Positions 14,325-26,733 of a stretch of DNA of 64,000 bases are shown here, one piece after another. The notes below the pieces were generated by a model, which was not told where the DNA came from, made no database searches, and was given only the letters and a program-made list of their open reading frames with translations. The stretch's first letter is position 1. The number at the start of each line of letters is the position of its first letter. The translations under genes were made by a program, and so were the position numbers. This stretch comes from Takakia lepidozioides (Eukaryota > Plantae > Bryophyta): the NCBI GenBank assembly GCA_030704615.1, contig CM060731.1, positions 17,918,001 to 17,982,000 on the forward strand. Direction: 5' to 3'.

Positions 14325-15285
14325 ATGGGAGGGTCCACTGAGATCGGGGCCGCTGTAGCTAGTCCGGATCAAAGCAGCAAGAAGGTGGAAATTGTAAACC
14401 CCAGGGCCCAGAAATTGGTCGGTATTGTGGAGGAGGGAGGATCCGAAGAGATTCTAGTTCTTTGCCATGGCTTGCGATCTTCGAAGGCAAGCAGGACGTT
14501 GACGAATCTGTCCAACGCACTAGTGGAAGCAGGCATCAGCACCTTCCGGTTCGACTTCTCTGGCAATGGAGAAAGCGAAGGCGATTTTTCTTTTGGTAGT
14601 TACTGGAGCGAGGTCGAGGATCTGAGAGCTGTCGTTAGCCATTGGAACTCCAAAGGCCGTCGCGTTGTTTCTTTGGTCGGCCACAGCAAAGGAGGCAATG
14701 CGGTGGTTCTATACGCATCCAAGTTCGGTGATGTCTCCACGATAATCAACATAAGTGGCCGCTTTGTTCTGCATGGAGGTAATGGATGTTGCAATTCTTG
14801 GACTCCGTAGTCATCTTCCCGCAGGAAGGTGACAATCATATGCATTGCAGGCATCACATTTTTGCACCCTCTGAATTAGGTCAGTAGTTGTGCACGAACA
14901 ACTGCAGAGTTGGTCACTTCTTCAGATTTCTATTCGCTCATTCTTACACAAGGCTTGGTGATACTTGATGTGTCCACTCTCTTTTGCAGGCATTAAGGAG
15001 CGGCTGGGTGGGGATGACGGGCTGCGCAAGCTGGAAGAGGAAGGAGTCGTTGACGTGCGGGACGACAGTGGCAACTTGGAATACAGGGTTACAAAAGAAT
15101 GCTTACAAGAGAGATTGTCAACAGACATGCAGGCTGCATGCTTGGCCATACCTGAGCACTGCAGAGTGGTAACCATCCATGGTGCAGTGGATGAGACCGT
15201 GCCTGTCGAAGATGCTCACGAATTTGTTAAGCGAATCTCTACCCATGTTCTTGTAGTTGTAGATGGTACTGATCACAATTACTGA
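14325..15285 (+). CDS. Alpha/beta-hydrolase (esterase-type), 2 exons (14325-14778, 14990-15285); premature TGA truncates the last helix
   Basis: Motifs LCHG, FRFDFSGNGESEG, nucleophile GHSKGG, IHGAVDETVP and DHNY. The frame continues past TGA as SHQRDLATLVLEFVQG to TAG at 15369. Confidence 0.85.
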
Positions 15286-15740
15286 TCGCATCAGCGGGAT
15301 CTTGCAACTCTTGTTTTGGAGTTTGTGCAGGGCACAGTAACACGGACTGAGCCTCCATGTAGGCTGTAGCGGTGGATGGGTACATTATGCTCACTTGACC
15401 TTAGACATGGGCCACACTTGAGAGCTTTGAAATCTTCTACTGAATCTACTAGTTGGAGGGGGTGCGACACACCTTGGAATTGCATGCACCATTCCCCTCT
15501 CCTTTTGCATCTGCAAGTGCAATGTGGCAATGCTAGTTGAGTAATAGCCGGCCAGAGAGGAGGATAACTGAAGATCTGCAAATGTATTCATTCGTTCATT
15601 CTGCACAGCAATCAAGACTTTATTACCAACAAATGTTAGGATGGTCTGATCCTAGAAGGGTGGTAAGAATTTGTACATAGGTGATAGAAAATGTCGCCTG
15701 GAACAATTGTGACATGAGAGATGCATCAACCAACCCCCTG

Positions 15741-18700
15741 CTACAGGTCCAAATGCTTCCGCAAAACACAATTCCTGCTTGGCTGTCTGAGTTTTCGCAA
15801 AGCTCTTGACTCAAGTTGCCGCACACGCTCCCGTGTGATCCTAAACTTGCAGCCCAATTCTTCTAGTGTCCTCATCCGTCCATCGTCAAATCCATACCGT
15901 AGTCTCACAACATCCCTCTCACGTTGGTCTAAGGTGTGCAGCAAATCATCAATGTCTTGCTTCAGCTGCTGCTTGGCCACGACGTCCTCAGGTGATTCTA
16001 TGTCCCTGTCTGGAAGTAGTTCCTGGAAAAGGGGCAATGCACTACATTACTCTCTCTCTCTCTCTCCCTTGAATAATGAACACTAAACCTTCACAAAGAA
16101 GTCCATTTCAAGCCACAATTTCACCTGATTTCTTGGTGATTTCTTGGTGATTGCTTTATTTATTGCGCATTCTTGTTCCATAAGTTGTTAGAGTTTCAGG
16201 AGGAAATTAGCCAGTTTCCTTCTTCTTTCCTTGGTATAGTTTGCCTGGCATTGCCATCACAGCCACACCTGTCTTGCATCTTCACTGACCATGGTGCTAC
16301 TACACACTGGATATCTTTAAATTTCTGTGATGCTAGCCTTCAAGCACAGCCCTGGTACCAAATTCTTGCTGGTTGAATGAAAGCACTTGGACAATCTCAT
16401 GATGATTTTCATACATGTTGTGCAAAAACCATCTGCACAATGTTCATGGACAAGCCAACAAATACAATGGTGACTAGGAACAGTAACGCCCTCTCACCCC
16501 AATGGTCGTTTCTCCCTCTTTGCTGAGAGGGCGCTCCATCGATATTGGAGCCCGTGTTAACTGGAGAACCGCTTTCATCCTTCCCACAGTCATGCCCACG
16601 AGCTTTGCCGCTTCGTGGTCATGTGGCTTCCGCCCGTGTTCCTGAATAAACATATGCTTGGCTTTTTTTATGCGTGTGATCACGTCGTGCCAGTGAACCT
16701 GACAACCTAACAGCAGTGGGCAACACATCAGAACCGAAACACAGACCACTCACAAAACACACGCTGATAATATATGTTTCTGAACAGCAAGCATACAGCC
16801 ATGTCACTGTGACATGCATTATTAGAGAGCTTGTCAGTAGGCACAATTAGGCATAACACCTATGCATGATCTACACTGAAATAAGAAATAGAGTCTGGAC
16901 AGGCAGGTTAAGGAGTAGGGCACATACGGGCAGCCGAATGCTCTTCGTTTGATCCGCTATGGCACGTGTAAGAGCCTGCCTAATCCACCAGTGGGCATAA
17001 GTACTGAACTTATAGCCCCTGTGATGATCAAACTTCTCTGCACCTCTAATTAAACCCATACTGCCTTCCTGTACCACAATAGATGACGGATTTCAACTCA
17101 GATGATGGATATGTTAACTGATGTGTCTCAAAACTCAACACATGACATCGCGTCGTCATATGGTTACCCTATCAACCACTGTCCTGTATGACCTAACTGA
17201 TTGGTTTGTCTGGGGAGAGGGAGAAAGAGAAAGTACTTAGTGAAATTGCTAGAGGTACGACAATGTTTGAAGCTTCTACTTTAGGTTGCTTCAATTTTGG
17301 AATTTGAAGAGTCCTGCTAGCTGGCAAAGGATTAAGGGCATACTAAGCCTGTCACAGCTAAGTGTGAAGTTTCCTCATAGCAATCGATGAAAGAGACAGC
17401 CCAAAATTTCCAGTGTGCTTGCGCACAGTCGCGGATTAATAGACTGGCGTTGACATCACATTAGCAAGCACTAGGTTGACGCTCACTTTCAGTTGACCCC
17501 TGAGGCTGCAGTTGCACTGCCCATAATGCTTTAGAACAAAGTAAGAGAGAAAATGCTCGTTTTTCCGTAGCCTTGTGGCCATAGACCCCGTGCCCAATTT
17601 GGGCGGAACAAAATGGAATACACTACCTTTGTGAGGGGCTCACTTCAATAGTGGGACTTACCTTGGTATAGACATTTTGCTTTCCAGATATCCTCTAGAA
17701 AGCCCTTCACACAAGCATCAACCTGCTGTGTGTGAGCTGCCCAGCAATTAGACCCAACAAAGCCAGGGCTTTAGGCTCAGCCCCAAGATTTTCGAAGTTG
17801 ATGAACGAGAGAGAGAGAGAGAGTGTACTCCTAAGACGCTGTTCTGGCCATTGATCCTGCGCCCCAGTTTGAGCGGAAAAGAGAGAGAGAGAGAGAGGGT
17901 TGGTGAGAATTAGGGAACCAAATACAAGCCAAAATAGCGGACCTGAATGAGATCTTGGAGTGTCATACCACGCCCCTGGTATTTCTTTGCAATTGAAACA
18001 ACCAAAGCGAGGTTGGAATTCACCATCTTGTCTTTGCAAAACCAACCTTCCTTGATCCGCCTCTCAAATGCCTTTTGATCCATTCCTGCTGCACAAGCCC
18101 ACTCGCCCATTGTGGGCTCCCGCCCCAATTGCTCCATTAGACTGTTCCTCACTTCGTCCATTTTCAGGAGGTCCTGAATATCCCACATACCCATTGCCAT
18201 CAAGTTTCATATCAGTGGGAGCCAACTTCCAAGGCAACATCGCCCTGTGTCTGTCTGTCTGTTTGTCTCTCACTCTCTCTCACTTTTGACAGAAAACTTC
18301 ACTGAATTTGTTTCCAGTCTGTGACATGGTAGAGGCCATCATGGATGACCTCAAGGGTTTACCCACCCTCGGCACTAGACTGAAATTTAAACTCAGGGCG
18401 GGAAGCCTACCTTTGAACAGCAAACAGATGCAGAGAGGAAAGAGGGATTGCAATTGCCCATTGAACCTCTGTTTACCAACTTTGAAAGCCTCGAGGCCGA
18501 GCCAAAAGCCCAGGCCCTTTTGGGGCCTAGTTATTGGGCAAACCACACAAAGCAGATTGATGCTCGTGTGAAGGGATTTCTAGAGGATATCTGCAAAACT
18601 CAGATTAATAGTCTGTTCCAAGGTAAGTCATACTACCGGGGTCAGCCCCTGACAAAAGTAGTTTCTGTCCCATTGTGTTCTGCTCAAACTGAGCGCGGGG

Positions 18701-20432
18701 TCAATGGCCACAAGGCTATGGCAAACAATGTCTTATGAGTACATTCTCTCACTCTTTCTCACTCATTCTCTCTATCAAAAGGCTTTAGTTCCACCTAAAC
18801 TGGGCACAAAGTCTATGGCCACAAAGCTAAGGCAACCTGCCAGCGGGCAATCATTTGTGCCAACTAAGACAACAAATTGATTGGCTATAGCCAGGGGAAA
18901 AACATCAACTTTGAACTGCATCCTTACCTTAATCCCTTTTGAGAGCTCCACTTCCTCAGTTGCTGTCAGCAACTTGTGCTGGCCTATCTCCCGCAAGAAT
19001 GCACGAACTGGATTTGAGAGATCTCGAGAAATCTGGGTTTTCTTTGGCCTGACATGGTGGGCTGTTGATGCAATGGTGGCTGCGACCCTCCCTGCCTTTT
19101 CCAAGGCTCTCTCTCTTCTCAGCAATCTTTCAAACCGTCGAGTTGATCGCACAATTACGATATCTTGCGTAGTTCCTGAGTTGCACACCCCATCCAACAA
19201 AAGATGTGGCAACAGGCAAGTCCTTGGAATCAAATGGGCCCAACACATTTCTTTTGCATAAACAAGACCTAGCTTTGGCATTAATTTTCTTCCAGTATGA
19301 AAGTACTGTGTATCTGCATCTTCATACCAGGACAGTAGAATCAATGGTGAGAATTTATGCCAATCCACTTCCAGAATTTACTCAATATACACCAGGCTCT
19401 GGTTTTAATTTCATATTCGTCCCCATTTCATCTTGGAACCTAACTTACAGTCCTTTCACTACATGGCAACATCAGGTACTTTCGCAAAATCCCCAAATTA
19501 TAGTAACATCCATGGAATCATATGCCCTTCTTTGGCAACATAGTTCCGAATTTCATTTTTAGGGCTTACACTACGAGTATAATCATTGCAAACAGAAATG
19601 CAATGCCATGTCAGGAAGCTTGTCCTCTTGATGTTTTGCAGTTCTTACATTCCAATTTCCTGGGTACAGTTTGATACCTCTAGTGCCTTTTCTGCTAGAA
19701 TCACTACAAGGACCATGTACAATTCTGCCAAAATTTCCATTTTGTAAGTGATGTCACCTAAGCTAGATATGATGCAGGGGTAAGGAATCAAAATTAGAAG
19801 CCAAAGGATAAATGCTGCAAGACACAAGAGCAGAGCATCGTCCAAACATTGCACCAAGTTCAGTTACCTTTTTCCAACGCAGCCGATGTAGTTTCATCTT
19901 CCACTGTGGTCAGGGAGGCTGTCTTTCCCATTGGCCTTCCCATGTGAGTTTCACAATTAATCTGTGTCCTCAAAGCATCTCCTTCCACCTCCAACTGTAA
20001 CATGTGGGTTCTCTCCATCTCACTCAAGCGAGCCCTCTTCAGCCTCAGCAAGTCCTTTTCTGAAAAGAAATCCTCATAATCACCAGCTTGAGCTTGGGCG
20101 TATGCTTCTGCATCCCGTGCAGCTTTCGCAGCTACTCTCGCCAAGGCCATAGCCTCTTCAGCAACTGTGCCAGTGACAATTTTATGACTCCCCAACCAGT
20201 TCTCCGTGACAACAACAGCCTCAACATTAAAGGCCTGCCGTGCTGGTTTTGTCCGTGTCGACAGCAGGGGCATCATGAGGCGTCCATCATGAGCACATCC
20301 AGCAACTGCGGGCTTAAAATTAGACCCTGCAGCTGTGCTGCTACCTCCATCACCTCCTTTAAGCACGACTGTCGCTCTTCGCCTTCCCTTCGCCTTTGCA
20401 ACCGGTACTGCATTCGCCCAAGCGACAGCCAT
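15741..20432 (-). CDS. Nucleus-encoded plastid RNA polymerase sigma-70 factor (SIG2/SIG6-like), 6 coding exons
   Basis: Region 1.2 [14 protein letters not shown]; region 2 [16 protein letters not shown]…DLIQ|[32 protein letters not shown]; region 4 [11 protein letters not shown]…TLEELG…[22 protein letters not shown] junctions. The start codon is uncertain. Confidence 0.93.
17545..17880 (-). repeat. LINE-tail/SINE-like dispersed repeat (long copy plus short copy) with (GA)n tracts in a sigma-factor intron
   Basis: Reverse-complement similarity to 18460-18750 (e.g. ttctagaggatatctg, caaggtaagtc, atggccacaaggcta). Confidence 0.7.
18300..18840 (+). repeat. Second, oppositely oriented copy of the same LINE-tail/SINE-like repeat in the adjacent intron
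   Basis: Aligns by eye with 17545-17810. A further short copy lies at ~33684-33715 in a VTE6 intron. Confidence 0.7.
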
Positions 20433-21552
20433 CCCCCGTTGAGATCTCACTCGTATATTTTGTATCTAGACAATTGAGGACCAGAAGCTTGTCTCTCTCT
20501 CCCCCTCTCTGTCAACTATTGCACATACATTTCAAATTGGCAAACTGCGGCATCGGAATTCGTCACGACCTTCTTCAGCTGACGTATGGTTCATGCACAT
20601 CTCAGATTCCTCTCTCCGTTCACTAATCTACTGGACTAAAGAGGCAAGTCCAATTTCGCATTCTTTCTGAATGTCACATACTGCGAACACACATAAAACA
20701 CAACAGGAGAAGAAGAAAAGTAACACAACGCACCCTGGGACTCCAAACAATCTGCACAGTCCAACCAAGAGGCTCTTGCATCCTGGAGCAACGCGCAGGC
20801 GGTTGCCGTGGCTACCGCCATGCTTGTTGGGCGGATGCTAATCTCCCCGGACCTATACAATCCGCTCCACCATCGATCCTTCCCAAATCCTTTCAAGCGA
20901 TTCCTGCGCAAGCGAAGAAGGATTGTGGAGATAAGAGAGGAAGCACCACCTTTCAGCTTTTGCAGGCCCGCCATGCATGCATGTATTCTGCCCACTTACC
21001 ATACATACATGAATGTTTTTTCCTTTCAAAGAACAACCAGTAATGTCCCTATAGGTAATTCGGACTCTGCCTGCAAACATGATGACAGACAGTGTGGAAA
21101 TCATGGCATGTTGGGGGCTACTTACTGCCATCTTCAAAGAGGCATCCAACAGTGAAGGCCAGAGATTCATCAACCAACATGTGGGCAGTAGAGTGTTCAC
21201 AAATCTGACTGTGTGCAGCACAAGAATGTGAAAGCTTTGGAGAAGTTTGATCCACTTGTTTTGAGAGCATTTGCAGAGAGCAGCTAGGCGGTTTCATCAT
21301 TTTTGGACCTGTGGTGTGGGAGATATTGAGTTTCAAGTGTGACTTTCGGTCACTGGAAATTCATGAAACACCAAATTTGCTTTTTTCTGGAATATAGAAT
21401 GATTATGTGCTAAACGGCATAGGCCACACTATTGTAAATAGATGGTTCATACCAGTATAACCGGAATTTCCAGTGACACTCTGGAATCAGAATATGTTGC
21501 TGGAAATTCTACATACATTCTGAATCCACTCTTATCTTTTATGCAAGTAAAT

Positions 21553-21666
21553 GGGATTTTCAGTCTTTTACAGGGGGTTCGATGACAGTCCACGGACCCT
21601 CACAGGCCTCCGCATCATCGAACCCCCTTAAGAAATAGGGAATAGGTGAAAATCCTATTCCCTATT
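21553..21666. repeat. Tandem hairpins (14-bp and 13-bp perfect inverted repeats), probable transposon end
   Basis: agggggttcgatga 21572-21585 / tcatcgaaccccct 21615-21628; aatagggaatagg 21634-21646 / cctattccctatt 21654-21666. Confidence 0.7.
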
Positions 21667-22084
21667 ACATAAGGCTTCCAATCCCGGCAAGGGCAGTTGA
21701 TGCAGATTACTTCTTTGTGAGCAGGAAGCCTACATCGCAAAATCCCGCCTACCCAATATTATGCGCCCCCTATTCCCCATTACAGTTTCTGTGCAGGAGA
21801 TATTGCCATGTTTCAAGAATGAATGGCCCAGAGCTGCATCAACTGCCCTTACCGTCCTGGAACGATCCCTGTAGGAATCATTCCGCCTCGTAAGTGTGTC
21901 TCCGCCTCCCGGCCTCGCCCCTGCTTCCAAGGTCGAATGATCCCTACAGGGATCAGTCGAGAGTACATCATGCAGAAAAAAACGTAATCCACATATCTCA
22001 TTTAGATTTTCTAACATACTGAAGAAGACTTCAAAGAAAAGTTTCTTTGGTACGCCTTCTGACAGGGTTCTTGTTTCACCACAG

Positions 22085-22471
22085 TTTGGTGGCGGTGGGT
22101 GGCAGTCACCACACACCTTAAGGTTCTGATAGGTGTTCCAGAAGGAGTGCTGATGAGCCCAGAAGGTGATGCTCAGCTTCTCATTGTGGAGGCAAAGAGA
22201 AGATTCCGTTGGTCCTCCACAGCAAGGTGTGTGTCAGGCATGTACGGCCTAGCCTCCCTCATCTTCCAAGACAGTTTTGATAACTGAGCATGCCTTCCTC
22301 ACTTTGTAGGTGACATTTATCTGCTACAACCAAGCGTGCACCCTGTCAACTTGGATGCAGCTGCACCCTGGCTGCTTTGTGACACCTGTGTCCTCCATCT
22401 TTTTCTCACCTTTGCCATATCGTCCCACCTACCAACCGCAGCATAGATATTCAACAGCAGCACATTAAGGT
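22085..22471 (-). pseudogene. Frameshifted E2/E+/DYW deaminase remnant of PPR gene 1
   Basis: Across shifting frames: VLLLNIYAAVGRWDDMAKVRKKMEDTGVTKQPGCSCIQVD, VVADKCHLQSEE, KMREA…YMPDTH, HNEKLSI, GLISTPSGTPIR, KVCGDCH. Homology ends ~22085. Confidence 0.85.
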
Positions 22472-25400
22472 CTAGCATACTTGATTAGCCTCGACAATAT
22501 TTTTCGCTGCATGTTCTGCTAGCTCCACATTGCCATGAATTCTGCAGGCACCAAGTAGCGCCCCCCAGACCGAAGCATCTGGTTCAATTGGCATTTTCTC
22601 TATGAAGTCCTCCGCCTCCTTCAAGTGTCCTGCACGGCCAAGAAGGTCCACTATGCAGCCAAAATGCTCCAATGTAGGAGTGAGGCCGTGATCTTGATTC
22701 ATGGAATCAAAGTAATGATGACCCTCATCCACTAGGCCCACATGACTACATGCAGAGAGAAGAGAAATGAATGTGATACTGTCCGGCTTCAAGCCTTCCT
22801 GTTGCATCTGTTCAAATAATTGAAGGGCCTCCCTACCATACCCCTGCTGGGCATATGCTGCCATCATTGCACTCCATGAGACCACATCTTGCTCAACCAT
22901 ATTGTTGAACACTTTATGTGCATCCTTCACGTTCCCACATTTGGCATACATTTCAACAAGGGCAGTGTCCAAAGTGATATCTGACACAATTCCAGCTTTG
23001 ACAATATCAGCATGGACCTCTTTGCCCTTTTCCAGGCCTGCCAAGCTGCCACATACACTGAGAACAGAAACGAACGTGACCTTATTGGGTATCACCCCTT
23101 CCAGTTGCATCTGCTCATATATTTCAAGAGCTTCCCTACCACACCCATGCTGAGCATACCCAGTGATCATCGCGTTCCATGAGACCACATTTCGTTGAGC
23201 CATATTGTCGAACACTTGACGTGCATCCTGTATGCTCCCACATTTGGCATACATGTCAGTGAGGGCAGTCTCCAAAACAATATCTCGTGCGATTCCAGCT
23301 TTAGTTATGTCAGCATGAACCTCTTTACCCTTTCCCAGGGTTCCAAGGCTGGCACACGCATTGAGGATGCAAATGAAGGTGACCTTGTCAGGTGGGACCC
23401 CTTTCTGTATCATTTGCTCATACATCCCAAAAGCCTCCCTACTGCACCCATGCTGGGCATATCCTGCAATCATCACACTCCATGTGACCACATTTTTTTT
23501 AGACATCTTGTCGAACACTCGGCGTGCATCATTTATGCTTCCGCATTTTGCGTACATATCAACAAGGGTATTCTCCAAATTTATGTATGAAACAATTCCA
23601 GCCTTCATGATATCAGCATGAATCTTTTTGCCATTTTCCAGAGCTCCTAGGCTGGCACTTGCATTGAGGACACAAATGAATGTGACCTTGTTGGGTGTCA
23701 CCCCTTCCTGTATCATTCGCTCATACATCTCCAAAGCCACCCTACCAGACCCATGCTGAGCATATCCTCCAATCATAGCATTCCATGAGACCACATCTTG
23801 ATAAGCCATATTGTCAAACACTTGACGTGCATCCATTATGCTCCCACATTTGGCATACATGTCAACAAGGGTATTCTCCAGAATGATATCTCGAGCAACT
23901 CTACTTTCATCAATGGCAGCACGGACCTCTTTGCCCTTGTCAAGAGCTCCTAGGCTGGCACAAGCATTGAGCACGCAAATGAACGTGACCTTGTTGGGTG
24001 TCAACCCTTCCCCTATCATTTGCTCATACATCTCCAAAGCCTCCCTACCAAAACCAAGTTGAGTATATCCTGCAATTATTGAGTTCCACGAGACCACATT
24101 GTGGTGAGTCATACTATCAAATACTTGACGTGCATCCTTTATGCTTCCACATTTGGCATACATATCAACAAGGGTATTCTCCAGAATGATGTCTTGCACA
24201 ATCCGACTTTTGCTTATGTCCTCATGGACATCTTTGCCCTTCCCCAAATCTCCTAGGTTGGCACATACATTCAGAACACAAGTAAATGTGACCCTGTTGG
24301 GGGTCACCCCTTCCTGTATCATTTGCTCATAGATCTCCAATGCCTCCCTACCACCCGCATGCTTGGCATATCCTGCCATCATTGTAGTCCACGTAAACAC
24401 ATCTCGTTCAAGCATTCTGTCAAACACTTGACGTGCATCCACCACGTTCCCACACTTGGCATACATGTTGACAAGGGTGTTGAGTAGAAAGATGTTTGGT
24501 TTAAAGCCACTTTGGATGATGTGGGTGTGCACCTGCTTTCCCATTGCTAGGTCTGTAATTTTGATGCACTCTTGCAAGAGATAGACATAAGTATTAGTGT
24601 CTGGTGATATGCCTCCTTGGACCACCGTGTGCAGGGTCTCCTTCAGTTGTCCTGCCTTACTTGGTGTCTTTATAGACCAACCACTACCGTAAGAGTTCTT
24701 GTTGACTCCTGCTCTTGCTCCTCTTTCAAAACCAGTGGTGACCGGGGAGTTGTCTGATTCAAACAACTGCACCTGATTCAACCCTGCAATCCTGCACGAC
24801 TGCAAAGCACTACTTTAAAGTTCACTAAAGAAAAGATACTTCAAAGATACATATCTTCATTTCAACAGGCTCCTTAATCACAATACAATATAATACTACC
24901 ACGGTCATCTACTGAAGTAGTATTACAATTCTATCTCTTTGAGTTGGAACCCCTAACTCATCATCAAAGCAATACCCGTTGTATCCTCGGGCTAGAGGTC
25001 CATGGTGTACAGCGGCATTAGAACCATCACCAGATTGTGCTTGACCTTGTATCATGACAGATAGCTCTGGCTTCACCCTGGGAGGGGGTGAGAACGCCTT
25101 AATCCAAAGGACCTCCTTATTGCCCCTATGTCTGAAGTCGGGTGATCTTGGACTTTCCTGTGAGAACCACAAGTGCCAGCTGAGCAGCCACACCACAGCC
25201 TCACACAGACCAGGCTAAATCCAAGCTCCAAGCATCTTTTGAAGCAAGAGGCAAACACCTTACACACCCTACTACTTTAAAAAAGACTGATGGCGAAGTA
25301 AGAGCTGCCTTAATTTCTTTCCCAGCGAAGAGCAAAATGCCCTTCATTTACACAAGTGGAGATACAATTTAGTCAATTACACGTCATCCTGCTGGCTTCG

Positions 25401-25534
25401 GTCACTATCCCTCCTTAAGAAACTCTTCCCTGTCCTGAATGGAGACAATCTCACCTTATCAGATCTGCTGTCCCACCACTGTGAAGGATCTGAGAAGAAC
25501 TCCTGCCAAAGCCCTTCTTTCCTCATTGCTTCAT
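22472..25534 (-). CDS. PLS-class PPR protein with N-terminal OSB-type PDF motif (gene 1); exons 25455-25534, ~24976-25157, 22472-~24791; first exon(s) unresolved
   Basis: Six ~101-aa L-S-P units (YAKCG x6) plus terminal L2-S2-E1 in a 777-codon open frame lacking a 5' ATG. Upstream exons splice in frame to give LWQEFFSDPSQWWDSRSDK|ESPRSPDFRHRGNKEVLWI. Confidence 0.88.
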
Positions 25535-26733
25535 CTGTGTGCAAGACTGACTAGTGCTTGAGAACATTGCCAGCTTCCCATTGCCTTAGTGTCTACTGAG
25601 GAGTACTAGTGCAGACACGTAGAATCTAAATCTCAGGGATGAATACTAGATTTCCACTGAAAAAGGTGTACTCTCAGTCCCTCTATCTTTCTTTTGGTGG
25701 ACGTGAGGAGTTCTTTCTTTCCTTCTTTGTTTCTTTGAGTGTATGTGAGTTTGCACCCCTGCCCCTCCTCAAGCACGGCGTGACCAGCAGTGCAATCAAC
25801 CCCCACATGTGTAAGAGCAGCGCTTTCCATCGCTCTCTCTCTGCCCTTTATCCCTCCTTTGTGTGATTAGCGTTAACGTAGATGCCCTGTTACCGCAGCT
25901 CTTGGAGCTTGCAGCCAATTTGGTGTGGACTTACGCATGTAGCTGTCAGAAGTCTCGTGTGGGTATTTCCCCAATAAAATATTCTCAAAGAGGATATGGC
26001 CGCCAGGAAGCAATGCAAATTAAGCACCTCCCTCTCTCTTAAACGGAATAACTGAAAAGCCCATGCATATGTATTTCAACAGATGCATATGCTGAGAAGA
26101 TGTGACTCGAGGGCGACACTGAACTTCTTCAACCAAGATGGTCGCAGTTTCTGCTGAAATGGGTCAAGGACGATATGGAGCCCCGATTGCTGCGACGAAC
26201 CCAGTTCAGAGACCCACATCTGCACGCAAAAAGTTTGATGTGCATACCTTCCTTCGCTGTCCATGGAGGCTGGGGAGGCGTCAAAGCCATCACTCGCAAT
26301 CATGTGGAGCCCGGAATCACCAAGCTTGCTATCCAATTCAGCTCCACAGCCTTGACCGGTTGTGTGCTACTTGATGCGAAGCTGCCCGCCCGTTCACCTG
26401 AAGAAGACAGGGCCTTGGGTATATAATCTCTCTGCACGCTGCTATCCATGTGGAATGCAGAGAAGCCGGGAGCACGGGTGCACACAAACCCTTCATTCGT
26501 GTATATGTACCTACATCCATTCGAACTTCCTCTACTTGATCGCGCATTTCCCCTCTCGAATGTGGTGCCAGGTTGTATTGGATCGACGAGCCAAGAAATC
26601 CGCAGTTTGTTTCAAAATTGAATGGTCAATATGCTGACTACGTGTATACAATTCAAAGTTCTCAATCCGGGCATTGTCCCCGGCCCAAACTGGCTGCTAT
26701 GGAGAAAGACGGAGAGAAGAGCTCGTTGCCCAG

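Noticed and set aside
15283-15285. TGA as selenocysteine or a nuclear U-to-C editing site
   Set aside because: The position is not a conserved Cys, land plants lack Sec machinery, and I saw no such stops in the other intact genes.
21280-21330. Plus-strand RRFHHF…CG peptide as the missing DYW terminus of PPR gene 1
   Set aside because: Wrong strand, very short, and no supporting upstream DYW residues; probably chance.
22902-24332. Repetitive plus-strand ORFs (MLPHLAY…), also 54323-55987
   Set aside because: Antisense shadows of the PPR coding frames.
22700-24600. Regular 303-bp repeats as a CRISPR-like or satellite array (also 54100-55900)
   Set aside because: They are in-frame P-L-S coding units with no repeat-spacer structure.
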